64,000 nt of DNA from NCBI RefSeq assembly GCF_963506605.1, contig NC_083282.1, positions 60,016,001 through 60,080,000 on the forward strand, in the 5' to 3' direction. The first letter of the stretch is position 1. Each line of letters begins with the position of its first letter. Position numbers and translations under genes: made by a program. This stretch comes from Zootoca vivipara (taxonomy: Eukaryota). The notes beneath the pieces are model-generated. The model was not told the origin of the DNA. It did no database searches and worked only from the letters and a program-made list of their open reading frames with translations. Shown piece after piece: positions 12,447-25,602 of this stretch.

Positions 12447-13000
12447 ACATGGAATGTTACGCTGGCAGAATGTACAGCCCATTACAATCTTGTTCCTTGG
12501 GAGCAAACATGTTAGCTGGCACAAGCTGTCATCTGCAGCTCGAAGCAGCGTAAGGAATTATTGGGTTGGAAGCAAGGGGAAGCAGTCCTTGCCCTACATG
12601 CTACTAAAGGAAAACTCAGCCGTACACAAACCTTGCATGATGACTACCAGGCTGCCCGCCCTCCTGCCCAATGCATTCAGGTTTTATAAGTCATAACATT
12701 GCCTTTGGAAACAACTACTTCTAGGAATGTAAAAAGAGCTTTGCTAGATCACACCAAGGATACATTTAGACCAGCATTATATTTCCAACAGTGGACAGAC
12801 AGATGCTTTGGGAAACATACAAGCAGAGCATCAAGACAACCTCCCTCCCCACAAAGGTAAATTTGTGTTTTAACATTTAGCTGTCTACTTCCTTTTTAAA
12901 AGTCATGCAAGCTAGCATTTACCACATCTAGTGGCAATGGATTTCTCTTCTTTCACAATCTCCTTTACCTCAGCTGTTTCCAGTCTGCTTCACTCAAAGA

Positions 13001-13441
13001 GATGGAAGGTGTGCAGAAGAGGGAAGCCAAGATGATCAAGGGCCTGAAAACCAAGCCTTATGAGTAATGGTTGAGCGAGTTGGAGAAGAGGAGACTCAGA
13101 GGAGACATGACGGCCATTTTCAGATAGCTGAAGGGCTTCTCACATAGAAGAGGGAGCAAGCTTGTTTTCGCCTGCTCTGGAAGCTAGAACTCAAACCAGT
13201 GGATTCAAATGGCAAGAAAAGAAGAACTTTTATTAGGAAGAACTTTCTGAGGGCAAGAGCCATTTGACAAGGACTCCCTTGGAAGGTGGGGGGACTCTCC
13301 TTTCTTGATGGTTTTTAACCAGATGCTGGGTAGTCACCTGTCAGAGATTCTTTAGCTGTGGTTCCTGCATTGCAGGGGGTTGGACTAGATGGCCTTTAGG
13401 GGGAACCTTCCAACTTAACAATCCTATTAATCCTATGATTC
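13001..13441 (+). mobile_element. Degraded CR1 LINE 3' fragment
   Basis: Homologous to the 3' part of the CR1 at 61.2-62.5 kb (gtgcagaagagg..aagatgatcaagggcctgaaaacc; aggaagaactttctga); ends in an atcctatgatt-type tail. Confidence 0.85.
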
Positions 13442-14053
13442 CTAAGAGCAGACTTTGGAGATCCTAAGCATTAAGGCTCTAAGAAGTTTCTTCCTTAGTG
13501 TGAATCCTTTCTTTCCTCCTGTACCTCTTTTTTTGCCCCTTCACCATAATAACTACTAGGTTATGGGGACCTCTCTCATAGACTCAGTTCAAGGCATTAG
13601 TAGTAGCATATAAAGACCAAAATGACTTTCAATCCAAGCACCTTAAGGCGCAAATCCCTCAATATCAGCTATTTTGGGCTCCATGATCAGCAGGGGACCC
13701 TCTATTGGTGGTACCACCGCTGGGTGCTGCCTGGTTGGTGGTGGTGACCCGTGACAGGGCCTACTTGGTGGTGGTTCTCTGATTATGGAATGCTCCCTGA
13801 TGGGATGTGTCTCATTATTAACATGGGGGGGGGGAGAAATTGAGCATTCCTGTTCACCCAGGCATTTAGTGGCTGAATGACAATGTTCCTGGCAACCTTG
13901 AAATTATTAGCCATGAGGTTATGTGTCTATTTTTTACGATGTATTTAGTATTTTAGGTTTTTAAATAAAATATAAATATAGTTAAAACATCTAATTTTTA
14001 GTTGCATTGTTTTTTGTTATTTGATGCCCTGGTCTCCTTCTGGTTTGAAATGC

Positions 14054-14093
<40 letters not shown>

Positions 14094-14739
14094 ATGGCAT
14101 GACCCAGAATGGATTTTTTTAAAAGTATTGCTACAAGCATTGCTGCTGAATGAGACTGCTGGCATTCCAACCATATAAGCAGAAGCCAATTGGAATGTAG
14201 GATGGAGAGCAGTGAAAAGAAGCAAGGAACTTGCTATGGCAAGAGTTAAACTCTGATGAAGTCCTACTTCTTTATATGCCAGAGAGCATGCAAAGCAAAT
14301 TAATGGAATTGCTCAGTCTGGTGTAGTGCATGAATCCATTCTCCGCTAATGCATAAAGTAAAAAATAAAAAGGAGGGAATAGTACATGGCGTGCCAGAGG
14401 GGATGGGCTGTGCTTTACTGATCCTAAAAAGACATCTGAGAACTCATGAGCATGAGCTTGCTCCAGAGCAAGAACTCAAAGAAGAATAAATAAATAAAAG
14501 AAATGAAACGAAACCTTTTAGTGTCCCTGTGTCTGTGCAGATGCCGATGGAGATAATGGAGCAACCTCAGCCGAAAGAAGTAAAAAGCCACAGAAGCATT
14601 AAAAATCTCCATCTTGCAAATTGCTGGCTTCTTAAAAATGAGTTTAATGTAGTGCAGGCAATCCTGGATTTTGCCCACAGTGGCACCATGAACACCCTCT
14701 CCTGTGCAGTCCAAGAGGCATCAACTGTGACATGTTTTA

Positions 14740-14984
14740 AAGGTAAGGTAAAGGGACCCCTGACCATTAGGTCCAGTCATAACTGACTCTGGGGTTGCGA
14801 CACTCATCTCGCTCTATTGGCCGAGGGAGCCGGCGTACAGCTTCCGGGTCGTGTGGCCAGCATGACAAAGCCGCTTCTGGCGAACCAGAGCAGCACACGG
14901 AAACGCCGTTAACCTTCCTGCTGTAGCGGTACCTATTTATCTACTTGCACTTTGACGTGCTTTCAAACTGCTAGGTTGGCAGGA
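14740..14984 (-). mobile_element. Sauria SINE, 5'-truncated
   Basis: Reverse complement of the SINE body at 5.8-6.4 kb; perfect 13-bp TSD GTGACATGTTTTA (14727-14739, 14985-14997). Confidence 0.92.
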
Positions 14985-17900
14985 GTGACATGTTTTAGAT
15001 GCTATTTAAAAAACTTGTTTCTTCATTCAAATATCTTAATGGTTCGATTGCACTACTCAGAATTTTGGTTTCTGGATTTTTACTGTGATGTCGGCAGTGT
15101 GTATTTTATTTATATGCTTTTTTTACTTCACAAGCAGCTTGTTTTTTTTAAAAAAAGTAGTCTATCAGTTAATTAAATAAGTAATAAAGTAATATTGCCT
15201 GCTAATACAGACACTGCTGTTTGTACACACATACTTGCACACCCCTCTCTATCTTCCATCCAGAGGCAAGCAAGAAGCACTTTTTGGGGGGGGCGGGCAG
15301 GCTGTGCTCTCATGTGAGAGCACGGTGCCCAAAAATGCGCACTTTGGGGCACTGCACTTGCAGCCCCCCCCCAGGTGCTTTTTCAGTGTGGGATTGCGGC
15401 ACCCAAAATAACCCCCATGCTCTTGCATGAAGAAACAGGGTGCCCCGGTTGAGGGGTATGGAGGTACTAGACAGTACTGTGGCAGCTGCATTCAGCCAGC
15501 CCTCAGCAACCCTATCGTTTTGTTTTGCCAGAAATGACATTTTACCATTAAACCCACCTGCGCCTGTCGAATTGGGTGAGTTTTTGTCCTCCCTTGTTCA
15601 CTGTTGCTGATGACCAGTTCTGCCATTGCCTCTGTAACAGAATATAGCTCCTTCCGATCCAGATGTTGATCATCTGCCCTGAGAGTAAATGGGAAGGTGT
15701 CAGAGTTAATAAGGCAAAAAGGCAAATCAGGACAGAACTGCCAAGCCTTTTAAGTTCACATTTTGCTAGCCTTTGACTCAAGGGGAAATCCCCAAGAGGG
15801 CACTGTGTCACCTGAGAAGACCTCTCAGTTTGCTTAAGTGCCTCCGACTAACCATTAAAGTCAATGCAGCATTGCGTAAAAGCAAAGTGCTGGCCTTGTG
15901 TGACCTGTGAAGGAAAAGCAAGAAGCCATGCCAGGCTGGTAATTAATGCATTTTATTGACTTGAAAAAAAGATAAAAAGGTCTGATTGAATGAGGCTTCC
16001 ATTGTCTCACAATGTTACCCATAAAAATTGAACAAGCAGGAATAAGCACAATTTCCCCTTTCCTTCAGCCAGAGTTTGCTTGAGGAGTTCCATTACAGTG
16101 CAAGAAAAAGAATTTTGTGTGAAATTGATTTGCAGGTTACTATTTTTTTTTTTAATGTTATAATCCCAAGTCTTCAGGAGACCATCTGTCTTAACATCAG
16201 ATTCTGGATATTGGAGGAGCCTCTAGCGTCATTGGGATCAGTATGGAAAATAAAGAGACTTTTGTGTCCAACATGCCCTGTAAGAAACACATTCTCTCAG
16301 ACCTTGTGTGTGGAACATCAGATATGCCAGCTGAACCCACCTGCCTCCTCCATTCCCCCTATACTTGAGTGAAGCAGAAAAGCAGAGCTGCCCTCTCTTT
16401 TTCTGATTAGCTCTATCATGCCCACATTGCAATTGCTAAGAGAAGCCATTCACATTCACAAGTCTCCCAGGCACATTGTGCAGTTCAATTCAATGGCCAG
16501 CACTGTGCAGTTAAGTAGCTAGGCTGGGAAGAAATGTAATGTGGTAATAAGCATATTTCATTTCTTCCCCACTTCTCAGTTTGAAATGCCTCCAGCTGTG
16601 GAAGAGCTAGGTTCCAGGATTTGTGGACAGGTTCCAAGATTTGCCTTGTAGCTGGTATTTTTGGGGGTGGGGTGGGGGGTCTGATCTGTTTCTGTCCACT
16701 TTGATCTGTGTGATTTGGTTTCTGAGCCACTTTGTATAAAATTAAACCTTGTTCCCACCCCACACCCCACATTCACTCTTATTGGGAATAAAACAGTTAT
16801 AGCTTTTCCCCTTTTGCTAGAAGTAGCTGAAATTTGCAGGCATGGGAGACTTTTCAGAGTGGATTAAGCCTACAAAATTGTAAGTTGAGGAGCTTCTTGG
16901 GGTGAGCCGAGGGAGCAATGGGAATCACTTTCCTCCAAAACCCATAGTTAGGGCAATATCTCCATTAGACAAATGAAAAATTATAAATCCATATTAGTAT
17001 CATGCATTTGAATGGAGAGAAGTAGATATTTCTTGTTTGCTCTTTCTTCCCTTAAAATAAGTCGCATACCGATGAGGCATTTCTGTGAGTTCAATCTATA
17101 TTATCAACCCCATTATAACCCACATGCATCACTTACGCTCTGGCCCCCAGTAACATGGGCTTAGCAGACTCACGCAACAGCAGCTATTGCAACGTGTGGT
17201 GCTCTTTTATATATAAAAGAGCATCACAGTTTTCACTGAAATGAAATATATAAAGTTTTATATGACTGATTCCTCCATCACCCTCACATCACTTTGCCTA
17301 TAATTCAGCATGTTGTCTCTTCCTGGAGCAGAGCAATGTTCAACATATATTTGCTGGAGCTTTTGTTTCCATTTGAAACCAAATCAAATAGTGTCGCAGC
17401 TGTAGTTGCACTGCATTACTCCGGTGTGCAAAATTCACTGCAAATGCAGCCACCACTCCTGCCTGGCATCTTCATGCTCACATGTGTTCTATGACAGAAG
17501 ATGCAACGTTTCATCATGAACAGCAGAAATGGCTTAGATGGCATTTATTCTGATTCGCATCTTCTAATTCTGGCGAGAGGTTATGAGAGTAAAATGATGG
17601 GCTTGTAAAACTATGGCCAGCTGGCAATCCTACAAGGAGATATAAATTAAATTAATGAGAGGTGGCTCATGGGCCATACATTGCCTCTATTTGGCAATAT
17701 CTGTGAAGCACTATATTTATCATTGTCACACAGAATCTCCATTTTGCACAAGTAAAACGGCAGCGCTCTTCTCTCTGCCCCCTGCAAAAAAATTCCTAGG
17801 GCTTTATGTATCTGGGGAACCTGACTATCGACGTTCTAGTCGCCAGCTGCAAAGCCTCCTTCTTGCTATCTTGAGACTGAGTCACAGCAGAGCTGTTGAT

Positions 17901-18341
17901 CCTTGAGGCGTAATCCAGAGGGAAGGCCTACAGAAGCTGCCCATATAGTTACTATAATAGGACTGCTTCCAAGGCAACTCCCAGCACTGATGTTTCTCCA
18001 TGGCTGATACAGCTGAAGAAAGGAGAAGAAATATTTACTTCTGGCATGCACTTTAGCTTACAGTGTTAGGTTCAGATATGGTAAACCCAGGTACAAATCT
18101 CCACTGGTGCATCCAAGGTTGGGTAAATCACTATCTCTAAGTCTACGTTACCTTGCACAGCTGTTGTGAGGAGAAATAAGATAAGAACTGGAAAGATATG
18201 TGCCTACCAATGACTGGTCCATCCTAAAAGTCAATTGACGAGTCAAAACCACAGCAGCTGGCTCTGGATTTCTGAAGGGTGGAATATGATGACAAGAAAT
18301 GACAGTCTAGAAGGGGTGAATTTTGATGAAAAGAGATAGTA

Positions 18342-18563
18342 CAGTCATACCTCGGGTTATAGACGCTTCAGGTTGCATTTTTTCAGATTGTGTCCCGTGC
18401 TGAACCCGGAAGTACCCGAACGGGTTACTTCCAGGTTTCGGCACTCGTGCATGTGCAGAAGTGTTAAATCGTGCTTTGAGCATGCACAGAAGCGCCAAAT
18501 TGCAACCCGCGCATGCACAGACGTGGTGCTGCGGGTTGCGAACGTACTTCCCACACGGATCAC
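18342..18563. mobile_element. Tc1/mariner (Tigger/pogo-like) MITE, one end missing
   Basis: TA|CAGTCATACCTCGG terminus, shared with the copy at 40823. Confidence 0.75.
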
Positions 18564-18789
18564 GTAAAAGAGTAGTATTTCATTAGAAGCTCCCGGAGAC
18601 TGAATTCAAATCCAGTGCTCCCCCCACCTTCTGCCGCCTGCCTCAGGATAAATAGATGGCCCCGGGCTGATTGATTAATATCGTGTTCCTCCAACTGCAG
18701 AGTTGACAGGACAGAAAGCTGGTGATGTCACAGTCACTGTGCTAGGACAATTCCAGGCCACATGGATGGATTACTCCTGGCATTTATAT

Positions 18790-18960
18790 AAATGTATACC
18801 CCACCTTTTATCAATATCTATCCCATCTTGATCCAAGGAGGTTAAGGTGTCATGCATAACCCTGTGAAGTGGGCTAGGATGAGAGGTAATAACTGGCTCA
18901 AGGCCACCAAGTGAGTGGGGATTTGAACTTTGGTCTTTATACTACGGCACTATAAACCAT
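18790..18960 (-). mobile_element. Old tRNA-derived SINE (MIR/Squam3-like)
   Basis: aaccctgtgaagtgggct..gagagg..actggctcaaggccacc..gggatttgaact, similar to the SINE at 44.8 kb. Confidence 0.55.
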
Positions 18961-21900
18961 GAAATGACCCTGGTGTGATAGAAAAGGGGCAAAAAGTCCT
19001 CTGGATGATCCCTTCATCCAGAGTATGCTGAACCCATTCACGCAACCAGATTGCATGCGGAGAAAATGTTTAGCAATTCCTGACTCTATCTGCTTATGCA
19101 TCATTTGGTGTGCATGCACCTCTGTGAAGTGTGCCTTGTTCACTCTTGCAGTCTGATTGTGGCACACTGTGCTTGGGATTATATGTGTTCATTTGAAGGC
19201 AGCTATTGTGTGGCAGGGGGTGTCAGTTTTGGGAGAGGTTCATTATGTTTTTTCTGGGCCCCTGTAATCCTGCGACCCTAGAATTTTGTTTGGGTGGGCA
19301 CCATCAATATTAAAGGGACATTAAAGCTCTTTTTATCATTTGTTCCAGTGGCAGCAAAAATGGGGGGATTCTAATACACCCGGAGGCCTGAGATTCATTT
19401 ATTATTCCTCACATAAACTGCGTGAAATAAGCCGGGGGGGGGTGGGGGGATGTGCTGTAATTAACGGGGTGGGGTGAGAGGTAATGGTGCTATTGTGTCG
19501 TGTGCTTTGCATTTACAAATCCTAACCAAGATGCAGGAATCTGATGGTGCCTCATTAAATACTTCTGTCAGGCTAATTAGGCACGTTCCTTCCCCAACAA
19601 TGCAAAATCATTTTATGGAAATAACATCAGGCAAGGGAAAAGCCCTTTATTATTATTTCAGGGAAAGCCACGAAGGCAGTGAGACAGCAATTAATGATGC
19701 TTTCAAAATATTAAATAGGGGGCCCCCCAGCCGAAATCGATCAAGACGGTCTGTGAGTTGAGATTAGATGGAATTTGCAGCCAAGCTTGTGCTTTCACAT
19801 TGCTCCCTCTTCCTCGTTTGTCTCTCATTCTGCACAACATTGTCAGTACTGACTCCCCTCTTGCAAGGCTTCTGCCAACTGTCTGACCCAGACTCTGCCA
19901 AAAACTATAGCTGTGACTCACAAGTAATTCCTCCAGTATAAGCTCCATTTATTTCAGCAGTGCTTAGCCCTTCTTTTAGCGTGAGTTACTGTATTAGATT
20001 CCATCTCAAATTGTGATTCCCATCAATTTCAGGCTTGATTTTTGTGACCCCCAAAATTGGACTTGAGCATGTGGCAAATTTAAAGGGTGTTACAGCAGCC
20101 CATCTCCGATTCCAGCCAGTTCAATTTTCTACGTGGGATGAGGTTAGAGGGGGAAATTCTTAAAATCCTTATAACAGACTTTTCTTGGCCCTGTAGTGAA
20201 GCAGACAGATGGCTGCTTCGGTTCACGACTGTGAAGTCGCACCTTTTTGGGGTGTTCGTGTGAATTGGCTGTAGTTTGACCAATTAAGAGGAGAGCTGTG
20301 CTCAGGTAAAAGTGACGTCTGGAATTGCTACTTACTTCTGTCCTAAATTCTGTGCAGCAATACCCTTCCACCTTCCCTTCATTGTGTCACTGCCCAAGAT
20401 ACTTTGCTTCCTGAAGTGAAGCCCAAGATCGTGCCTCTCCCCATTCCAAGTACAGAATACAACCTGGCTGGCAGCTGAATCTTTCCTCAGTCCTGGTGAA
20501 CAGACATTCTCCACTGTACCCGAGGGCCACACGGCATGTGTGGCAGGACACATGGTGTACTAAATTCTAGCTTCTGACAGAAAGAAGCAGCGAGGGAGCT
20601 CCGGAGGATGGCTAGGGGGGCTGCTGCTGCCCCCATTTCCCCACACACCTGCTGCCTGAGGCAGCTGCCTCATTTTACCTAATGTTAGGGCAGGCGCTAT
20701 CGCCAGCTGTCCCTTGAGAACTAGTAGGGGGGAAAGGAAATGCTTCACTCAAGGATTGTGGGAAATGCTTCACTCAAGGATTGTGTCGTGTACGATGTTC
20801 ATGGTGCAAGGTCTTGGGTAGAATACTAGAATGGGCACAATACACAGGCGAGTGCACACCTCAGAAAATTATGACTCTAGTCTAGACCACAGTGAGCCTC
20901 GAGTCCCATCAGATTAAAGCAGACCACCAAGAAACTTCAGACAGTCCTGGTTAATAGGAGTTACCCAGTCAACAGCTGCAGGAGCTGTACAGTATCAAGG
21001 GAACAGACGTTCTGTACAGTGTTGGAGCCGACCTGCGGGACGCTTGTGAACTTCTTCCCTCACAAGCTTTTAATATCTTCCCATAACCAGGGGAAATGTA
21101 ATCAATATGGCTGTCTGAGGGTCTCTCAACTGCAACCTGGCGCAGGCTAGAGTTTCCATTGGCAATCTTTTCTCTCTCTTATATTCCCCCCTCCCGTGGC
21201 CCCAATATCACATAAAAGGGAGAGTGTTCTGATGCTTTTCGTGCAGCTGTCAGGGAAAGGCAGGAGAGGCCAAAGGTCTCTTTCTCAGGAGGAGTTCCAG
21301 TTGGCTTCCTTGTCAGACAGGAGGGAAACAGCGCTTGCTGACAGCTGTTGTTATGGGGGATTTTGCCATTTGCGAGGAACCACGTGGCACGGCAAAATCG
21401 GCTCACATTACCTTATTTATAAACCCTGAAGCTGCAGGGCCTGCGTGGAGTTCTGTTGGCTGTGTGTGAGCAAGCAGGCAAGGCAGTGGAGTTTACAATC
21501 GTGAGAGACAATGACAGAAAGCTGTTTTACATGGCATGGGAGTGGCTCCCCATTTTCTTCACGTTCCATGTAATGCTCTGGAGGTTTCATCCTCTTATAT
21601 ACAAGGACCCCTTGTCCATAAATGTTGCTTACATCAGACTTCCCTAACCTGGTGTCCTCTGGTCAGTTGTTGGACTCCAGTACCCATCAGTTCCACCCAC
21701 AACTGCCAATGATGGAAGCTGTATTTCAACATCATCTTAAGGCCACCAGCCTAGGGAAGGTTGCTTCAGTATGTTTCTCAAAGTCCATGAGTTCTGTATG
21801 GCGACACACAGCCTCCAACTGTCAAGTATCTTTCCTGCTCACTTTATATCAGGGATGGGGAACCAATAGCCCCCCCCCCAGGGGTTGTTGGATTACAACT

Positions 21901-22294
21901 CCCATCATTGACTTTTAGTTATGCTGGCTGAGAGTCCAGGAACATCTGCAGAGCCATAGGTTCCCTGTCTCTGCTTTCTAAACTGCTTGCAGGGTCCGAC
22001 TACTTGAATCTCCTGGAATTTCACAAAGGCCACCATTTTTTATTTATATCACCATTATGCCTGCATTTTGGTCTTTTATTGGGACAGGCTCTGCAGTGAG
22101 GATTTGCCCCCTCAACACGTCTACTTTTGTCCTTCCTTCCTAGCCTTTATAAAGCGGTTGAGGACATTCATATACTCCATGTTTCAATAGATCTACGTCT
22201 GGATCATCTTCTCTTCTGACTTGTATCTCTTCTCTTCCGATTTTAAGATGGCGTGGGACACAAAGTTCACCAATGCTCCATGGATTTATATTGT

Positions 22295-22960
22295 TGCTGC
22301 TGGGCTGACATCCATCTGTCTCAAGAGACAAACCACTGTGAAAGCACAGAAATGGCCTCCCTGGGTTGCAAGCCTGGGCAGTGTATATGGAGGCCCTGGC
22401 TGCCCAGATGACAGGACCACCTCCCCTCCCCCCGGCCTTGCAGATGTGGTCCAAGAGAAAGCAGAGCAATACATGACTGCAAGTTGCTGGAAGGAGGCAT
22501 ACAAGGCACCATCCAACCACCTTAGGGACTCTACTTCAGATTTGTGTAGGGTTTACTCCTGAGCCTTTTCTTCTCCTGCTGAAGATACCCCGCAAGGTAG
22601 CGGAGGTTTAGGACCAGAGTTTTCCTTCTCCTACATAGGCTCCCTTCCCAGGCTGATGAGCTCCACCTGCCCCTCACTTCCCTCTACAGCAGGCATGTCA
22701 AACCTGCGGCCCTCCAGATGTTTTGGCCTACAACTCCCATGATCCCTAGCTAGCAGGACCAGTGGTTGGGGTAGATGGGAATTGTAGTCCAAAACATCTG
22801 GAGGGCCGCAGGTTTGACATGCCTGCTCTACAGCATATGCAGAAACCTCCTTCTTGACCATTGGACCCACTATTGGTCTCATCCACTCAATCCACCAGAG
22901 TCTGTCTTTGCATGCAGGGGAAGTTCCTAACTCACCAAGGGTTTGAAATCCATTAGCTAG
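22295..22960 (-). mobile_element. Non-autonomous bipartite RTE-derived element (5'-UTR-like part joined to RTE 3' end), interrupted by a MITE
   Basis: Minus-strand 3' end ttgtctcttgagacagatggatgtcagc matches the RTE end at 30112-30139; upstream part resembles an RTE 5' UTR (taggagaaggaaaactctg..cctaaacctccgct); no RT coding sequence. Confidence 0.6.
22690..22825. mobile_element. Palindromic 136-bp hAT MITE (copy 2, variant TIR)
   Basis: TIR CAGGCATGTCAAACCTGCGGCCCTCCAGATGTTTTGG at both ends; perfect TSD CTCTACAG. Confidence 0.92.
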
Positions 22961-25602
22961 TCAAAGCTGTTCCTGGGGTGTGGCAGCTGTCGCATGGGCA
23001 GTTTCTAGGAGCCACAAGTGAGAGCTGAGTGCAGGGTGGGGACCAAAGGTGGACAAACTACCCCAGAAGGAGCACAATGTGTCCCCCACCAGTGGTACTA
23101 CTACCCCCTCCCCTAACTGCTCATACACTCCCGATTATATACACCCTGAATTTATATAATCTTTGCTTAAAGCCACAACACTCAAATTATGCACCATGCA
23201 GATTTCTGTGATTCTTTCTGCCAGTTTAGGGTTCAAAAAACAAAAAGACCGGGCTGCTTCCCCCCCCCCCCCCGCACCTCACAGGACTCCCTGTGTCTTC
23301 TCCCCATGGATGAAAACACAGGTTGCTGAGTTTGAACGGGAAAATGACCAGAGGAGACAAAGTTCAGCAAACTTCTTCCCTTCCCGTCTCCTATTCAGAC
23401 CTGCAGCCAGTTCAGCCTCCTTTGGGCTGAGGACAGAGAGTGGAAAAAAGAATCATGGCACTTCTGCCAGACATGCATGTTGTGCCTGAGCTAGCAGTCA
23501 TCCACTTACATTGACCTTAATGCAGCTGGGCATTTCCTTATGAAGTACTTGTACGTAGTAAGAAGACAGTAGGTAGTCTGTTATTATCAGCATATGGTTA
23601 TTAACTATTTGGGGCATATCATGCATTATATATAATATAACAAAATGATGTCCATTCAATCGGGAAAGGAAAGAATGAGAAAGGGTTACAGTTGTTGGAA
23701 AAATTGAAAGTGTATCGTGCCTGTGTGCCCATAGTAGATCCTTCACCAGCTTTTGATTCCTTGTAAGGGCAAAAAATAGTGCTAGTCTTGTGCCTATGTT
23801 TAATTCATTTGTAAGGGGGGGACGGACGGGAATGGGAAGACTCAGTTATAGTATCCTGGTGGCTCCTCCAACTTGACTGTTTGTCTTAGTGGAACTGAAA
23901 CAGGAACGTAATTTTATTAGACAGCACTGACATTATTATTTTTTATAAAAAACCAACAAAACACGTTTCTGGCCCTCTCATTGCTTAGCAAAGTTGAAAG
24001 GAGTACATTAACTGCACAGTACTGTTTGGTTAAAATAAAATCAAGATTAGAACAACTCAACATGTAGATGTAAGTTCTGGCACAAACTTCCAGGTTGTAT
24101 GAGTCAAACTGACCCCTATTATAATCTTAGAAAGAAAAGAAACTTTGGTATACCCATTCAGCTTCCCAGGGTGTTGTTATGCCTTCATTCTTAAACAGAA
24201 CCTGCGTTCTGTTTAAGGCAGCTACTCTTCATTTTACAGATGGGGAATGCACGGCCTAAGAAGACCGCCCAAGTGTTAAGCAGTGGAGTTTTGGAGTTCA
24301 GGGCCAGTCCCAACACCAAGTGAAACCACCACCACAGACCTACCGCCCACTGTCACTTTAAAGATGCTTCAGGGGAGCGGTGAGTAGTTAAGTGCTGAGT
24401 AACCACATAATGATCAAGTGATGTGTGCCATAGCTGTGACTAAAGAACAAGGTACAAAGCGGGGAATAGACAAGAATGATGACAAGAATATCCAGAGTAA
24501 TATAGCCAAGAAGAAAGGCCTCCTCGAGGTTAAAGTCAAGAGATTTGCCAACAACATATCCATTATGGAGGTCTTTTCCCGTTTTTTTTCTGAACCCTCA
24601 ACTTCCTGCCATCAAGGGTCATGCAATTTCTTCTCTGCCTACAGAACCGAACTTGTTCCACAAGTTTCTCACAATGCACAAACAGCCCCACCAAGCCATA
24701 CGTGGAGAGAGGAACATCGCTTTATTAATAACAAACTCTTGAAGAGCTGACCGCCGGAGAACTAATTTCTCACAAGACTAAACTCGTACAGAATAGGAAA
24801 TGCAAAATGAAACAATAAAGTCAAGGAAAGGTCTATTGCAACTTGGGACCTCAGTGTGGCATCAGAGTTTAAGGCTTTGAGGGCAAAATGAAGAGGTGAA
24901 GCATGTTTGGTAACCCTAAAGTTGCAGCGATGGGTTGTCTACTCACTACATAGCACTCCTTAGACACATTCTAGTACAGTACAGATCATGAGGGGTGAGC
25001 CAGAAAAAACGTTTTAGAAAAAGAACAGACAAAACGCAATGTGGTTGTACAAACTTCACTCAAATCATGTCCCACAGCCTCTCTTCTTCTTACAAATCCA
25101 ACCCTCATTCTTAATTTAATTATCAAGTGCTTATTCATTTGCCCGGAGTATGATCCAGGATTTAGTGCATACAGGGAAAAAGCAGAGTTAAATTGTAAAG
25201 ACACACAAACACCAGCTCGCACACACACACACATACTGAGACGTAACATTCTCTTGCTACCTGAATCAGAGATGAACTGAAAATGTTTGGCAACCTTGAA
25301 GCCTATGAAAGTGGGAGTGTAGAGGAACAGCTAATTAAGACCCTGCTGTGCCCCCTCCTTCCCCAAACTGTGAAAGATTCTCTTAAGCATTAGCTTGGGG
25401 AGTTTCTGCATACAAACTGACTCCCTTTATCAAACAGATGTTAGTTGGGAAGTGATTTGTGTCAATGTATGGAGATCAACTCCTCCCTTTCCTCACCCCA
25501 GTCCATGCATGCCAAATCTCTTTTTCTTTCACCTTTCTCGCTGTTTTATCTCCTGATTGGGGCAGAACGGTGGAGGCAAAGGAGATGACAAGTTCGGGGA
25601 GT

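Noticed and set aside
13998-14225. Poly-Ile ORFs (also 45856-46257)
   Set aside because: Translations of (ATT)n microsatellite tails.
1-25000. Exons of RAP1A, the downstream neighbour expected from recalled human synteny
   Set aside because: No Ras-family peptide recognisable in the ORF track or by eye; very short exons could have been missed.
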